Position numbers and translations under genes: made by a program. Positions 23,890 to 35,560 of a stretch of DNA of 64,000 nucleotides are shown here, piece after piece. Within the stretch, counting starts at the first letter, position 1; every line of letters begins with the position of its first letter. Below the pieces are notes generated by a model. It saw only the letters and a list, made by a program, of their open reading frames with translations, was not told the DNA's origin and ran no database searches. The stretch is from contig NC_068989.1 of the NCBI RefSeq assembly GCF_001194135.2, forward strand, positions 37,587,054 to 37,651,053, given 5' to 3'. The stretch comes from Octopus bimaculoides. Taxonomy: Eukaryota.

Positions 23890-25510
23890 GTCATAGATTG
23901 AACACCTTTTATCATTACAAATTTGAGCGAAATCCGTTGAAATTGGTAAACGGTTGACTGAAAATGGGTTGCAGGCAATTTGGTTGGGAAATCCCATAAG
24001 GAATCGGTTTATCAATTTTTATCCTGATTGAATGGAAAACCCCAAATACATGCCTGCCGCCAATAGTGTTTGGCTTTGGGATTTGTTGATGGAAATGGCG
24101 AAGCATGTTCTCACCGGGAGCTGCGATCTGCGGAGGTTAAACGGCATTTCTGACCCCGAGGGATAAAGCTGCATCCTTGAAATGAAAATATATTCACCCC
24201 TCCCGCACCCTATAACAATGGTGGCCTCAATCAAGTGGGGCGTCAGGGACTTGATTACTAAGCGGGTCCCGTTGCACTATTTTGACGGAAGGAAGTTTCT
24301 GATTAGCATAATTGGGCATCCAACCCTTAGCCTAAGAATGTGAGGTGGAAGCCCTGCTGGCTTCAATGAGTTGAGAAACTCGATAGGGTAATTGACAATG
24401 TTTTGGGGATCAGAGATCCGGTCAATCGATTTGTAGAATTCGACTTATGACCCGGAATTCGACTTATGAAATGGTCGTTGATAGCACTGACAGCTACGTT
24501 TATGGGGGGCCAGGATGGTTCTTTCACTGAGCCAATTGATGTCTGCATAGTTACTTTCCAGGTTGGGGAACTGTTTCCAAAAGATCGGAAGGGTTGTCCA
24601 CGGTGTTGCACAGTTCAGAGATGGATATGGCGCCCCTATCATTCCTAGGGACCTTGCCTTCTCCAAGGGCTAAAATGTCTTCAGTAAATGCTGCTGACGT
24701 GCTATCACTAAGCAAGTGCACACGCATGTTTGTGCTTAAGCTTAAGGTCTTAACCTGGGGCCACAACGTAGATGACTTAAGGCATGCACGCATTTAATCA
24801 GCCCGGCTCCCTTTAGGGATGACAGGAAGGGTTTGCTGAAAATCTCCTGAAAGCAATACAGTTATACTACCCATAGAAGCTGTAGAATCCCTGATACATT
24901 TCAGTGACCGGTCCAGTGCCTCAAGGGCACCCTTATTAGTCATTGTGCATACGTCCCATACAATGAGACAGCACTGTCTAAGAACTTCAGCTTCCTCTGA
25001 ATTTTTTCCAATGTTGCAAGTAGGAACCTCGGCCCTCACCAAGTCTAAAAGCAGCTTGAATGCTAAGTGCGCCGTCCTACCTCACGGCAATAACATAGCA
25101 GCGATTCCCGAGGAAGCAACGGCTAGAGCAATTTGTTTCTCGCGACGAATCTTAGCAAGTATTAATTGTGTTACAAAAGATTTGCCGGTACCTCCAGGAG
25201 CATCGAGGAAAAAAATGCCGCCCGCCAGTTTTTCAACGGCACTGGCGACGGTTTCGTACACCAGCCTCTGAACAGGGAGCAATTTCGATTCATTTACTCT
25301 CAGGTACTCCGCAAGGCCATCAGCGTCATACGACAACTCCAGAAGTAACTTTGGTGGGAGTGTGTTAACATCCTGTCGCAATGAGGATGGCAAAACGAAT
25401 GTGTTCAACATCGCCCCACCTATTTTGAGCAGGGAATCCTCGATTTCTATCAGCGCATTATTGTAGGTCAGGTCATTGTATCCAATGTCATCATTAGGGC
25501 ACTGTTTCTT
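23890..25510 (-). pseudogene. Helitron Pif1-like (SF1B) helicase region, frameshifted; Rep domain not seen
   Basis: FFLDAPGGTGKSF (Walker A), ALAVASSGIAA, LIVWDVCTM, VLLSGDFQQTLPVIPKGSRAD, LSTNMRVHL, ERTILAP and PVRTCFAISINKSQSQTL. Confidence 0.93.
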
Positions 25511-26130
25511 TGCCAGTCATCATTTGCCTCAACCACCGAGAAAGCAAAATTACGTACAGAGAATTTCATAAACAGGAATGAATGGAAAAATGGTTGGTAA
25601 ATTTTTAGATTTACACTCGCACGATTTTCACTAAGAAACAAATATCGGATTTTTTGCGTGGAATCAACTACCCTGGCCTCCTAATATGCTACAAAACCCT
25701 TTTTGCGGTCCGAAAAACGGGGTGGGGTGTGGTGGAGCCTCGGAAATTTTACCCGTTTATATTGTGTAATTCACTGACAAATTGTTACCTACGCCTTTGT
25801 TTGTTTGTTGTTAAATAAATGTATTCTCAACAAAACACTTTTTTCCTCGGCGTAAAATAAAAACAAAACTCTTTCGCGCCTAAAGTAATGTGTGTGTGAG
25901 AGAGAGGGGAAGAGAAAGATGAACGATTTAAAATAAATAAATGATTCAAAATATATTTTAATTGTTGTGTGAGAAAGTATATATAATCTGATTACAAAAT
26001 ATAGTATCTTTCAAAAATATCCTAAATTTGAAGACTATATCACGTGTTTAAGAAAAAAAAATTTACATTTTTATTTTTGGTGAACACAGTCACTTACTCT
26101 CTCTGCCCCCACACATACATCAACGCACAA

Positions 26131-26142
26131 TCTCTCTCTCTT

Positions 26143-26176
<34 letters not shown>

Positions 26177-26182
26177 TCTCTT

Positions 26183-26253
<71 letters not shown>
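26131..26253. repeat. (CT)n microsatellite abutting assembly gap 26254-26745
   Basis: Read directly from the sequence. Confidence 0.95.
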
Positions 26254-27015
26254 NNNNNNNNNNNNNNNNNNNNNNNNNNNNNNNNNNNNNNNNNNNNNNN
26301 NNNNNNNNNNNNNNNNNNNNNNNNNNNNNNNNNNNNNNNNNNNNNNNNNNNNNNNNNNNNNNNNNNNNNNNNNNNNNNNNNNNNNNNNNNNNNNNNNNNN
26401 NNNNNNNNNNNNNNNNNNNNNNNNNNNNNNNNNNNNNNNNNNNNNNNNNNNNNNNNNNNNNNNNNNNNNNNNNNNNNNNNNNNNNNNNNNNNNNNNNNNN
26501 NNNNNNNNNNNNNNNNNNNNNNNNNNNNNNNNNNNNNNNNNNNNNNNNNNNNNNNNNNNNNNNNNNNNNNNNNNNNNNNNNNNNNNNNNNNNNNNNNNNN
26601 NNNNNNNNNNNNNNNNNNNNNNNNNNNNNNNNNNNNNNNNNNNNNNNNNNNNNNNNNNNNNNNNNNNNNNNNNNNNNNNNNNNNNNNNNNNNNNNNNNNN
26701 NNNNNNNNNNNNNNNNNNNNNNNNNNNNNNNNNNNNNNNNNNNNNACCGGTTGAATACTGGGGCGATGTAATCGACTTAACCTCCGTTCCCAAAATTGCT
26801 ACCCTTGTGGCAAAACTTGAAGCCATTATCATTATTATTATTATTATCATCATCATCATCATCATCATCATCATCGTCATTATTATTATCATTATTATTG
26901 TTGTTGTTTTACTTCTCATGGCGCTCGGTCTCGTTTGCTCTGCTTGACTTTGAGAGAGCGGACAGCAGCCTGTTGTCAGAGGTCTCACACTTTACGCACA
27001 TCATAAGGTTTGATG

Positions 27016-27400
27016 TGGAAGCGCAATGGACCAGTGGTTAGAGCAGCGGACTCGCGGTCATAGGATCGCAGTTTCGATTCCCAGACCGGGCGTTGTGAGT
27101 GTTTATTGAGCGAAAACACCTAAAGCTCCACGAGGCTTCGGCAGGGGATGGTGGTGAACCCTGCTGTACTCTTTCAGCACAACTGTCTCTCACTCGTACT
27201 TCCTGTTTCTGTTGTGCCTGTAATTCAAAGGGTCAGCCTTGTTACACTCTGTCAAGCTGAATATCCCCGAGAACTACGTTAAGGGTACACGTGTGTGTGG
27301 AGTGCTGAGCCACTTGCACGTTAATTTCACGAGCAGGCTGTTCCGTTAATCGATCAACTGGAACCCTCAACGTCGTAAGCGACGGAGTGCCAACAACAAC
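27016..27400 (+). mobile_element. Family-B tRNA-derived SINE, apparently full length, with a (CAA)n tail
   Basis: The tRNA-like head has an A-box-like TGGACCAGTGGTTAGAG and a B-box GTTTCGATTCC. A non-tRNA body follows and ends GGAGTGCCAACAACAAC. Confidence 0.85.
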
Positions 27401-27409
27401 AAGCTTTGA

Positions 27410-29405
27410 TATTTAGTTGTTAATTATCGCGGAAGACATTCAACATCCAAGTACCAATCTCAAAATTCTAACTATCCCCAACAGAGCAGTTTTGAGGGTT
27501 TGCTCTGCTCCCACGTCAATTCCAATGGCTCTGGCATATATCTCGAATTTGGTTGTTAGTGCACCGAGTGCCCCTGGGATGACAGACACTCTCCTCATAG
27601 TCCACATTCTTGCAATTTCGTCTTTTACTAGTCTGTACTTTTCATTCTTTTTTAGTTCTCTGTCACTTATGCGTGCATTGCCAGGTATTGCAATATCTAT
27701 AATCTTTACCTACCACAACAATATCTGGTCTCTGATCATCGATTAGGGAGTCACATTGTATTGTAAAATCCCACAATATCTTATATTCCTTGTTCTCGGT
27801 GACTCCTTCTGGTTCATGTTCATATCATTTCCGTGCTCTGTTTAAGTCGTACTTTCTCCATGGACAAACTCAACCACGTAGCCGTGCTCTTTTTGTAGTG
27901 ATTTTGGGTCAGCTTGCTACACTCACAGTATGTGAAATTGTTTCGTTTTTGCTGCCACACATCCTACAAAGAGGCGATTCGCTGCTCTTATCTATTTGGA
28001 ACTTGGTGTGATTAGTTCTCACAACTTGTTTATGGGCGATGCTTATCAATGCCTCCGTGCATCGTTTCAGATCACTTTTTCTTAATCATCTCCAAGTGTT
28101 GGTCTTGTGTTTTCCTTCGATTTCTCTGAGGTATTGGGATTTCCGTCACGATGTTGATCATTTTATCCATTTGCGTAACTATTCTTTTGTGTAGTAATGG
28201 GGAAAATTTCACCCAATACTCTTCCGGACCTGGGTATTTCCAGTTTGGAATCTTTGTTGTCTGCTCGGTCATCATTTTAGTTGTTATTCTCATATTTCTC
28301 TGTTTCACTTCATCTTTCTCCGATCTTAATAATCATCAACAATTCAGCATCTTCATTATACTTTCTTCCATTATCCCTCAGGTTACTCCAAAATCTTTTG
28401 CTTTCTTCAGCGTCTGGTCTCTTACTGCTGTTAACCTTTACATTCAGCTGCTGATAAACCCTTTTCTGATGTTGGTGGAACAATCTGTTGATTTTATATT
28501 GTTCAATTCCTTGGTCATATCTCTTCGTCTTTGTCGCTTTAGCCTACAATCTTTGCTTCAGCTCTTCAAGGAATACATTTAGCTCCTTTATCCTGTATCT
28601 ACAATCTTGTTTCTGATATCTCTCCTTCTTTCTGATTTCACTTTTCTCTTTTTTCCAAAGTATCGATATGTTTTCATAGTTCGTTCATTGATTGCTTTAT
28701 TCTTTTTTTTCCACCATGGCTCTTTTTCTTCATTTCCTCTTTTACGAGTTGGTTCGAGGCCCACTTTCTTTCCGTATAGACGATACAAGTTTTAACCAGT
28801 CGATTCGTTACGGTTTTATTATCTGTCTTGTTTTCTTACAGTATTTTATTCACCTTCTGGGTTCACCCTTTGAGAAAATTTATATTTTTCTGAATCCATT
28901 TATTTCCATACCCAAGTTTCCTCAATGATATTAGTGATGTCTTCGATCATGTCCTCATCCTTCAATCCTTTTATACTCCTAAGGCTTAAGTCGTCATAAT
29001 TCTCCCGGGCACCCTCATTAAATATGATCGCGACAACTTTCTCTGCAGCCACATCTGCACTCCCTGTGTTTTTTATCATTACCCGCTCCTTAGCTCTACT
29101 ATTGTAAGCCATCTTTTCCTCCTTATTCCCCTTACCTGGTCACAGAGTCTCTGTTCTGTAATATCTAAGCCCCGTTTTTCCATCCACATCTCATGCATCA
29201 TTCTTCTATATCCTCCTGTTGGGTTTTCTCTTCATCCTCAATGGATCTACTCAAAAAATAACATTCCATGACAGCTGTATTCATCGTCTTAATCTATTTT
29301 GTTCTGACAGCCGTATAATGACGACCATGCATGTGCTGCTCACCCACAGGGCACCTACCGTGCAAAAGTCCGTTACCTGTAGTTCCGTCCTCATTTACGC
29401 CATTG
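27410..29405 (-). mobile_element. R4/Dong-type LINE retaining its N-terminal region and knuckle/RLE but lacking the RT (junction at ~28131)
   Basis: Minus strand: NTAVMECYFLS..EQRLCDQVRGI..NRLFHQHQKRVYQQL..PDAEESKRFWSN..IPNWKYPGP..LHKRI, then directly LREIEGK..WR*LRKSDLKRCTEAL..CRMCGSKNETISH..QRPDIVV..IIDIAIPG..KTALLGIVRILRLVLGC*. Confidence 0.88.
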
Positions 29406-29409
29406 TTTG

Positions 29410-29448
<39 letters not shown>

Positions 29449-29495
29449 TATCATAGTCGTCGTCGTCGTCGTCGCTGTTGCTGTTGTTGTTGTTA

Positions 29496-29540
<45 letters not shown>
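29410..29540. repeat. Compound trinucleotide microsatellite (ATC/GTC/GTT/ATT)
   Basis: Read directly from the sequence. Confidence 0.95.
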
Positions 29541-29578
29541 TTTTAAAAGAAGGATTGACGTAACTCTTCACGAAGGTA

Positions 29579-31269
29579 AATAGTCAAGACGAAGAGTGCG
29601 ATTTTAGATGTTTTATTTTTTGAACAACATTTCGACAGAACGTCTGTCTTTCTCAAGTTCAAACCAAAAGGTGATTAAAATTCAAAATTTCAGAAACCAA
29701 ACGTAAACTATGAACGTGAGTAACCAGCGTCCATACGTTGATAGAATAACATCATCAGCTTTTGTCAGTTGTTTAATAAGCAGAAAGAAAGAAAAAGGAA
29801 GACGACAGAAAAGGAAAAGAAAAAGAGAGAAAGAAGAATATTCAATCAACCAGTTTTGTATAAATTTGATGATATTCTCCTGTCATCTTATTCATTCCTC
29901 CAGGGCGTGATGTCAATAACCCGCAAACATATTTCTCCTCATACATTCTGAGAAGTGAAAGTGGGGTACATTCAGGATATTTTTTGAGAATGTGCACTTT
30001 CAAATCTTCTTCAATATAAAATTTACGTCTAGTTTTTCAAAAACTAGCGTTGAATTTTTGGACACGAAAGTCAAGTTTTCTGGAGGCAGAATAATGACAG
30101 AGTTATTTTGCAAGCCAACGTCATCCCACATATATCTCCACCACCGCTCCGATTANNNNNNNNNNNNNNNNNNNNNNNNNNNNNNNNNNNNNNNNNNNNN
30201 NNNNNNNNNNNNNNNNNNNNNNNNNNNNNNNNNNNNNNNNNNNNNNNNNNNNNNNNNNNNNNNNNNNNNNNNNNNNNNNNNNNNNNNNNNNNNNNNNNNN
30301 NNNNNNNNNNNNNNNNNNNNNNNNNNNNNNNNNNNNNNNNNNNNNNNNNNNNNNNNNNNNNNNNNNNNNNNNNNNNNNNNNNNNNNNNNNNNNNNNNNNN
30401 NNNNNNNNNNNNNNNNNNNNNNNNNNNNNNNNNNNNNNNNNNNNNNNNNNNNNNNNNNNNNNNNNNNNNNNNNNNNNNNNNNNNNNNNNNNNNNNNNNNN
30501 NNNNNNNNNNNNNNNNNNNNNNNNNNNNNNNNNNNNNNNNNNNNNNNNNNNNNNNNNNNNNNNNNNNNNNNNNNNNNNNNNNNNNNNNNNNNNNNNNNNN
30601 NNNNNNNNNNNNNNNNNNNNNNNNNNNNNNNNNNNNNNNNNNNNNNNNNNNNNNNNNNNNNNNNNNNNNNNNNNNNNNNNNNNNNNNNNNNNNNNNNNNN
30701 NNNNNNNNNNNNNNNNNNNNNNNNNNNNNNNNNNNNNNNNNNNNNNNNNNNNNNNNNNNNNNNNNNNNNNNNNNNNNNNNNNNNNNNNNNNNNNNNNNNN
30801 NNNNNNNNNNNNNNNNNNNNNNNNNNNNNNNNNNNNNNNNNNNNNNNNNNNNNNNNNNNNNNNNNNNNNNNNNNNNNNNNNNNNNNNNNNNNNNNNNNNN
30901 NNNNNNNNNNNNNNNNNNNNNNNNNNNNNNNNNNNNNNNNNNNNNNNNNNNNNNNNNNNNNNNNNNNNNNNNNNNNNNNNNNNNNNNNNNNNNNNNNNNN
31001 NNNNNNNNNNNNNNNNNNNNNNNNNNNNNNNNNNNNNNNNNNNNNNNNNNNNNNNNNNNNNNNNNNNCTGCTTATTAAAAAACTGACAAAAGCTGATGAT
31101 GTCATTCTATCAACGTATGGACGCTGGTTACTCACGTTCATAGTTTACGTTTGGTTTCTGAAATTTTGAATTTTCAATCACCTTTTGGTTTGAACTTGAG
31201 AAAGACAGACGTTCTGTCGAAATGTTGTTCAAAAAATAAAACATCTAAAATCGCACTCTTCGTCTTGAC

Positions 31270-31273
<4 letters not shown>
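29579..31273 (+). mobile_element. Penelope-like retroelement with an inverted terminal (pLTR-like) copy; interior mostly in gap 30156-31067
   Basis: An RT C-terminus NIKFTSSFSKTSVEFLDTKV..TELFCKPTSSHIYLH lies at ~30010-30155. Segment 29579-29783 is the reverse complement of 31068-31273 with few differences. The inverted part also carries a GIY-YIG-like C-terminal remnant (EEKYVCGLLTSRPGGMN, minus strand, ~29890-29945). Confidence 0.8.
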
Positions 31274-31338
<65 letters not shown>

Positions 31339-31385
31339 CATTATTATTATCATTATTATTATCATCATCGATTTTATTATCATTA
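31272..31385. repeat. (TTA)n microsatellite, followed by an internally deleted family-A SINE (31387-31490)
   Basis: Read directly; the SINE head is GGCGAGCTGGCAAAATCGTTAGC. Confidence 0.9.
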
Positions 31386-31673
31386 AGACGGCGAGCTGGC
31401 AAAATCGTTAGCCCGCCGGGCGAATTGCTCAGCGGCGTTTCGTCCGTCAATTTCAGGTCTTGTGTCTAAAGTAGAAAGGATTATTATTAGTATTTGATGA
31501 AACCTCTCAGCTTATTCTGCTGGGTATGATGGAAAGTGTCAGCTGTCCACAGCCAGCAGACTAAGGTGACACTTATTTACTGGTCATGCTTCAAGAACCC
31601 TGCAAAGAATTCCTGCAGTTCTAAGCAATGCTGATTTTTGTACATGTTCTATTTTTACATTTGTACTAATCTT

Positions 31674-31810
31674 TTAAAGCCATGCTAGTAGTTGAGTGCT
31701 GTTACTTTCAAGTGCGCCAACTACTATTGGTATCTCGTCTACTCTCCTCATTGACCACGACCTTCGTATTTCCCAATTCAAATCGTCGTAGTTATTCAGG
31801 TTTTCTTCTT
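31674..31810 (-). mobile_element. Short R4/Dong RLE fragment next to (TAA)n
   Basis: NNYDDLNWEIRRSWSMRRVDEIPIVVGAL. Confidence 0.75.
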
Positions 31811-31812
31811 CA

Positions 31813-31880
<68 letters not shown>

Positions 31881-31934
31881 CATCATCATCATCATCATCA
31901 TCATCATTATCATTATTATTAGTATTCAGCTAGA

Positions 31935-32482
31935 AAGCAGTGCATGCCATCAAAGTAACACTAGGGTACAAGTATACGAAGCCCAGTATACCCATCATTA
32001 ACTACTCGTCTGATAATGGTATACCAGGCACGTGCATCACAACCATATGTGCGTGACATGGTGATCTCATATCAATGTAAATAGCGCATGACCTTGCAGG
32101 TGGGGTCCAGTTAGAATTTTCTTCAGGTCGAGTAGCCCATCCCACTCAAAAAGCCCCTGAATTAGGGTTGCTTAAGAAGGTTGAACGAAACACCAATGTT
32201 TCCAGAGGTAAATTATTCAAACACCAAAGAATTACTCTCAGCACGTTGCTATGATGCTTCCCCACTACTTCTGCTCGTGATCAGAGATTCACATATCATC
32301 AGCCACCAAGGGTCAAACTCAACTGGTTAAGGTCAAACAACTGACAAGCAAATCTTTGGTTTTGAGTACAATATTTGCTGTAATCCATCTTTTATGCCAA
32401 GACAAAACAATGTACATGATAACACTTCCAATCAGTTAAGATCAGAAGCCATGAGAGCCACTGCCTGGTACTACATCAGAGC

Positions 32483-32486
<4 letters not shown>
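31935..32486 (-). mobile_element. ~550-bp non-coding interspersed element inserted in an (ATT/TAA)n tract, copy 1
   Basis: Colinear and highly similar to 40021-40578, with ATT repeats on both sides. Strand is inferred from the TAA orientation. Confidence 0.85.
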
Positions 32487-32546
<60 letters not shown>

Positions 32547-33078
32547 GTTTATAGGGAGATCGATTCTCAAAATCGGTAGAGTGGTAGAGACAAAGTCTAA
32601 CAGTATTCAGTTGTGTTTGATTATATTACTTCCTCAGCTGATATTCCATCGAGGTGAAATTTACTTTTCAGTCTTACGAGAGTGGGTTGGGGGTGGGTAT
32701 TCAAATCCTGGGGAATTTATAATCGACACTCTTAATCTCTTAAATCTGAGGTCTCGTACTTTTGTTAGAAATTATTACTATTACCCAAGGCTAAATCAAA
32801 ACGACTGCCAATCATTTTCGCTCGATTGCGTAGACTCGGTAATTGAAATTTTATGCATTTAACCGTGATGTAAATATATTTAAGGTCCTGTGATTTTCTT
32901 ATGCCATTTATTGATGATACGACAATTTACAGTTAGTTTCGTGTACCCACATGATTTATGTTCACCCAAGTCCAAGCTAGTTTTATTGCTTCATACCAGC
33001 ATGATAATCCTTCGATTTATCGCCGATGTCTTTTTCACTTTTCCTTTTGATATTATTAATATTACCCAATGTTTAGAC

Positions 33079-33200
33079 CAGATGTCGGCAAAGTGGTCAA
33101 TATTGATCACCGGTGGGTCTATGTGGCTATCCAAGTGGTCGATAAACACCTGAAACGATTTCGAGCCATAAGGGTGCTGAATTATTAGCGAACTGAATCT
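33079..33200 (+). mobile_element. Possible hAT-like terminal fragment
   Basis: TAGAC followed by CAGATGTCGGCAAAGTGGTCAATATTGATCACC resembles the CAG(G/T)GGT..CAAA termini of hAT MITEs. I did not find a partner end. Confidence 0.3.
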
Positions 33201-33644
33201 GAAAGAGTTTGGTAATTTAAGGCTAAGACTCACTAATTTCCAGCCAAATATCGATGCAATAACTAATATTCACAAAACACATATTTCACATTCAATATCC
33301 CGACTTTATTAATAAAATAAGACGGAATTTTTAGTGTTCTTTATTAATTTTGTTAATTATTTTCATTAACGAACGAAGAAATTATTGTTTTTAAACCAGG
33401 AAATTTTTTATCAGTTATTCTCTTTAATTTCATTTTAGAAATTTACTTGATGTGGGTCGATAAGTTATCGACGATTCTGTGAAGGGGTCAATGATACAAG
33501 TAAAACTTCTTGTATCATTGACCCCTTGGGTGAGACAGATTAGTACGTCTTCATAATAATCTTCACACACTTTGACTTATTAAACAAAAACTAGTGTGAA
33601 GCAGAATTTGAACAATTTTAGTCTAAATCGATCTTTTACCATTT

Positions 33645-33966
33645 GGCGTTTACTTGTTTCAGTCATTAGACTGCGGCCATTCTGGGGCAACTACTTGAAG
33701 AATTGTAGTTGAACTAATCGGCCCCAGTGATTATTTTTTTTAAAGACTTGTACTTATCCTATCGGTTCCTAGGCCGAACTGCTAAGTTACGGGGATGTAA
33801 ACATTCTAACACAAGTTGTCTAGCGGTGGTGGGGGACAAACACAAACACACACACACACACACACACAGAGACACACACAGACACACACACACAGACACA
33901 CACAGACACACACAGACACACACACACACACCGACACACACAGACACACACACAGACACAGACACA

Positions 33967-34041
<75 letters not shown>

Positions 34042-34180
34042 CGATCTTCTTTCAGTTTCCATCTACCAGATATCCACTCACAAGGCTTTGGTCGGCTCGA
34101 GCCTATAATAGGATACACTTGCCCAACTGAACCCAGAACGATGGGATTGGGAAGCGAGCTTCTCACCACAAAGCCATGAA
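33645..34180 (-). mobile_element. Family-D tRNA-derived SINE with an internal (CA/GA)n microsatellite
   Basis: The head part (34040-34180) and the tail part (33645-33840, ..CAGTCATTAGACTGCGGCC..) flank the 200-bp CA-rich tract. The layout matches 62178-62590. Confidence 0.85.
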
Positions 34181-34519
34181 GAAAACAACAAAAAGTGTCT
34201 AATCACCGCCTGATTAAAAAAAAATGTATTTTTTACAAATTTTTCCTATAATGAAAATATATTCATTCATGTATTATATTACAGAATTAGAACTAAATGT
34301 AAATTGGAATTGTAACTTCATTAGTTTTTAATTCACTCAAATCAGAAGAATAACTAGAATAAACCTGACTTTTGACATTGTTTGTTTATACATATCAAAT
34401 ACTAGCTACTGTTTATTACACATCAAATACTGGCTAATGTAATTTTAGTCTGTCATGAAAGTGGAAGCTTCTACAATCACTTGATTCATATTAAATCAAA
34501 AGATGCTTTCTTTTTTCTT

Positions 34520-34696
34520 ATTTTTAGCTGTTCCAGTCATTGGAATCCGGGTGTGTTGGGACACCGCCTTGGAAGGTTTGGTTTAACAAATAATCGAACC
34601 AGTCTAGTACTTATTCTATTGGCTTAAGCGCAAGTTTACTGGGGCGTAAAGAAACCGGCACTGATTGTCAAGTGGTGGGAAGGACAAAACAATGAC

Positions 34697-34768
<72 letters not shown>
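34520..34768 (-). mobile_element. Tail half of a family-D SINE running into (CA)n and gap 34769-34983
   Basis: CCAGTCATTGG..GGACACCGCCTTGG..TTTACTGGGGCGTAAA..TGTCAAGTGGTGGG. Confidence 0.75.
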
Positions 34769-35032
34769 NNNNNNNNNNNNNNNNNNNNNNNNNNNNNNNN
34801 NNNNNNNNNNNNNNNNNNNNNNNNNNNNNNNNNNNNNNNNNNNNNNNNNNNNNNNNNNNNNNNNNNNNNNNNNNNNNNNNNNNNNNNNNNNNNNNNNNNN
34901 NNNNNNNNNNNNNNNNNNNNNNNNNNNNNNNNNNNNNNNNNNNNNNNNNNNNNNNNNNNNNNNNNNNNNNNNNNNNNNNNNNNCATATACATATAGTAGA
35001 ATAAGCAACAGAATGTCCTTGGTATAGTAAAA

Positions 35033-35278
35033 TATATTTGAAAAAATGAATAGAAATGGCTTTTTTCCACTTTAATAATTAGATGTTTATGAATTATTAG
35101 CTGTTTATAAATAATGACTCTGTCGTGAGTTTCTCGCTTAAAAGCGGTTTTCAAACAGTCTGAAAACCGCTTTTAAGCGAGAAACTCACAACTGAGTCAT
35201 CTAATAATTTATAAACATCTAATTATTAAAGTGGAAAAATTATCAGAAAAGCCATTTCTATTCATTTTTTCAAATATA
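35033..35278. repeat. ~245-bp imperfect palindrome with a perfect 29-bp core stem and a 7-nt loop
   Basis: 35125-35153 is the exact reverse complement of 35161-35189. The outer arms pair out to TATATTTG and CAAATATA. Confidence 0.92.
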
Positions 35279-35477
35279 TATACACAGAATTGTTTTATTT
35301 TCCTTTCAATGTTTTCTATTTTTTTACCACTAAACTGCCCAAGACTATTTTTACTTCCATTTGTAAAGAGACTATGTGATTCGGCCAACAGGTCTAACAA
35401 GTCATCTACATTGCCGTAAAAACCTTCGGTAACTTTCTGACTATCCATAACCTAGGATATACTACTCGACTACATAA

Positions 35478-35479
<2 letters not shown>

Positions 35480-35560
<81 letters not shown>
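35480..35560. repeat. (TCTA)n microsatellite
   Basis: Read directly from the sequence. Confidence 0.95.

Noticed and set aside
24436-24469. Short tandem duplications in TE fossils (19-nt period here; 12-nt at ~1740-1763; ~24-nt at ~7130-7170; ~27-nt at ~21515-21562)
   Set aside because: They are ordinary slippage or repair duplications in neutrally decaying DNA.
27016-27085. tRNA-like sequence with A and B boxes (likewise the heads of SINE-A and SINE-D)
   Set aside because: It continues into a SINE body and lacks a proper acceptor stem, so it is not a tRNA gene.
26044-31169. Long ORFs in the track (236-364 aa), and similar ones at 34.6, 39.0, 41.4, 52.7 and 62.5 kb
   Set aside because: They are runs of N translated as X plus microsatellite. 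The only real coding part is the Penelope RT stub.
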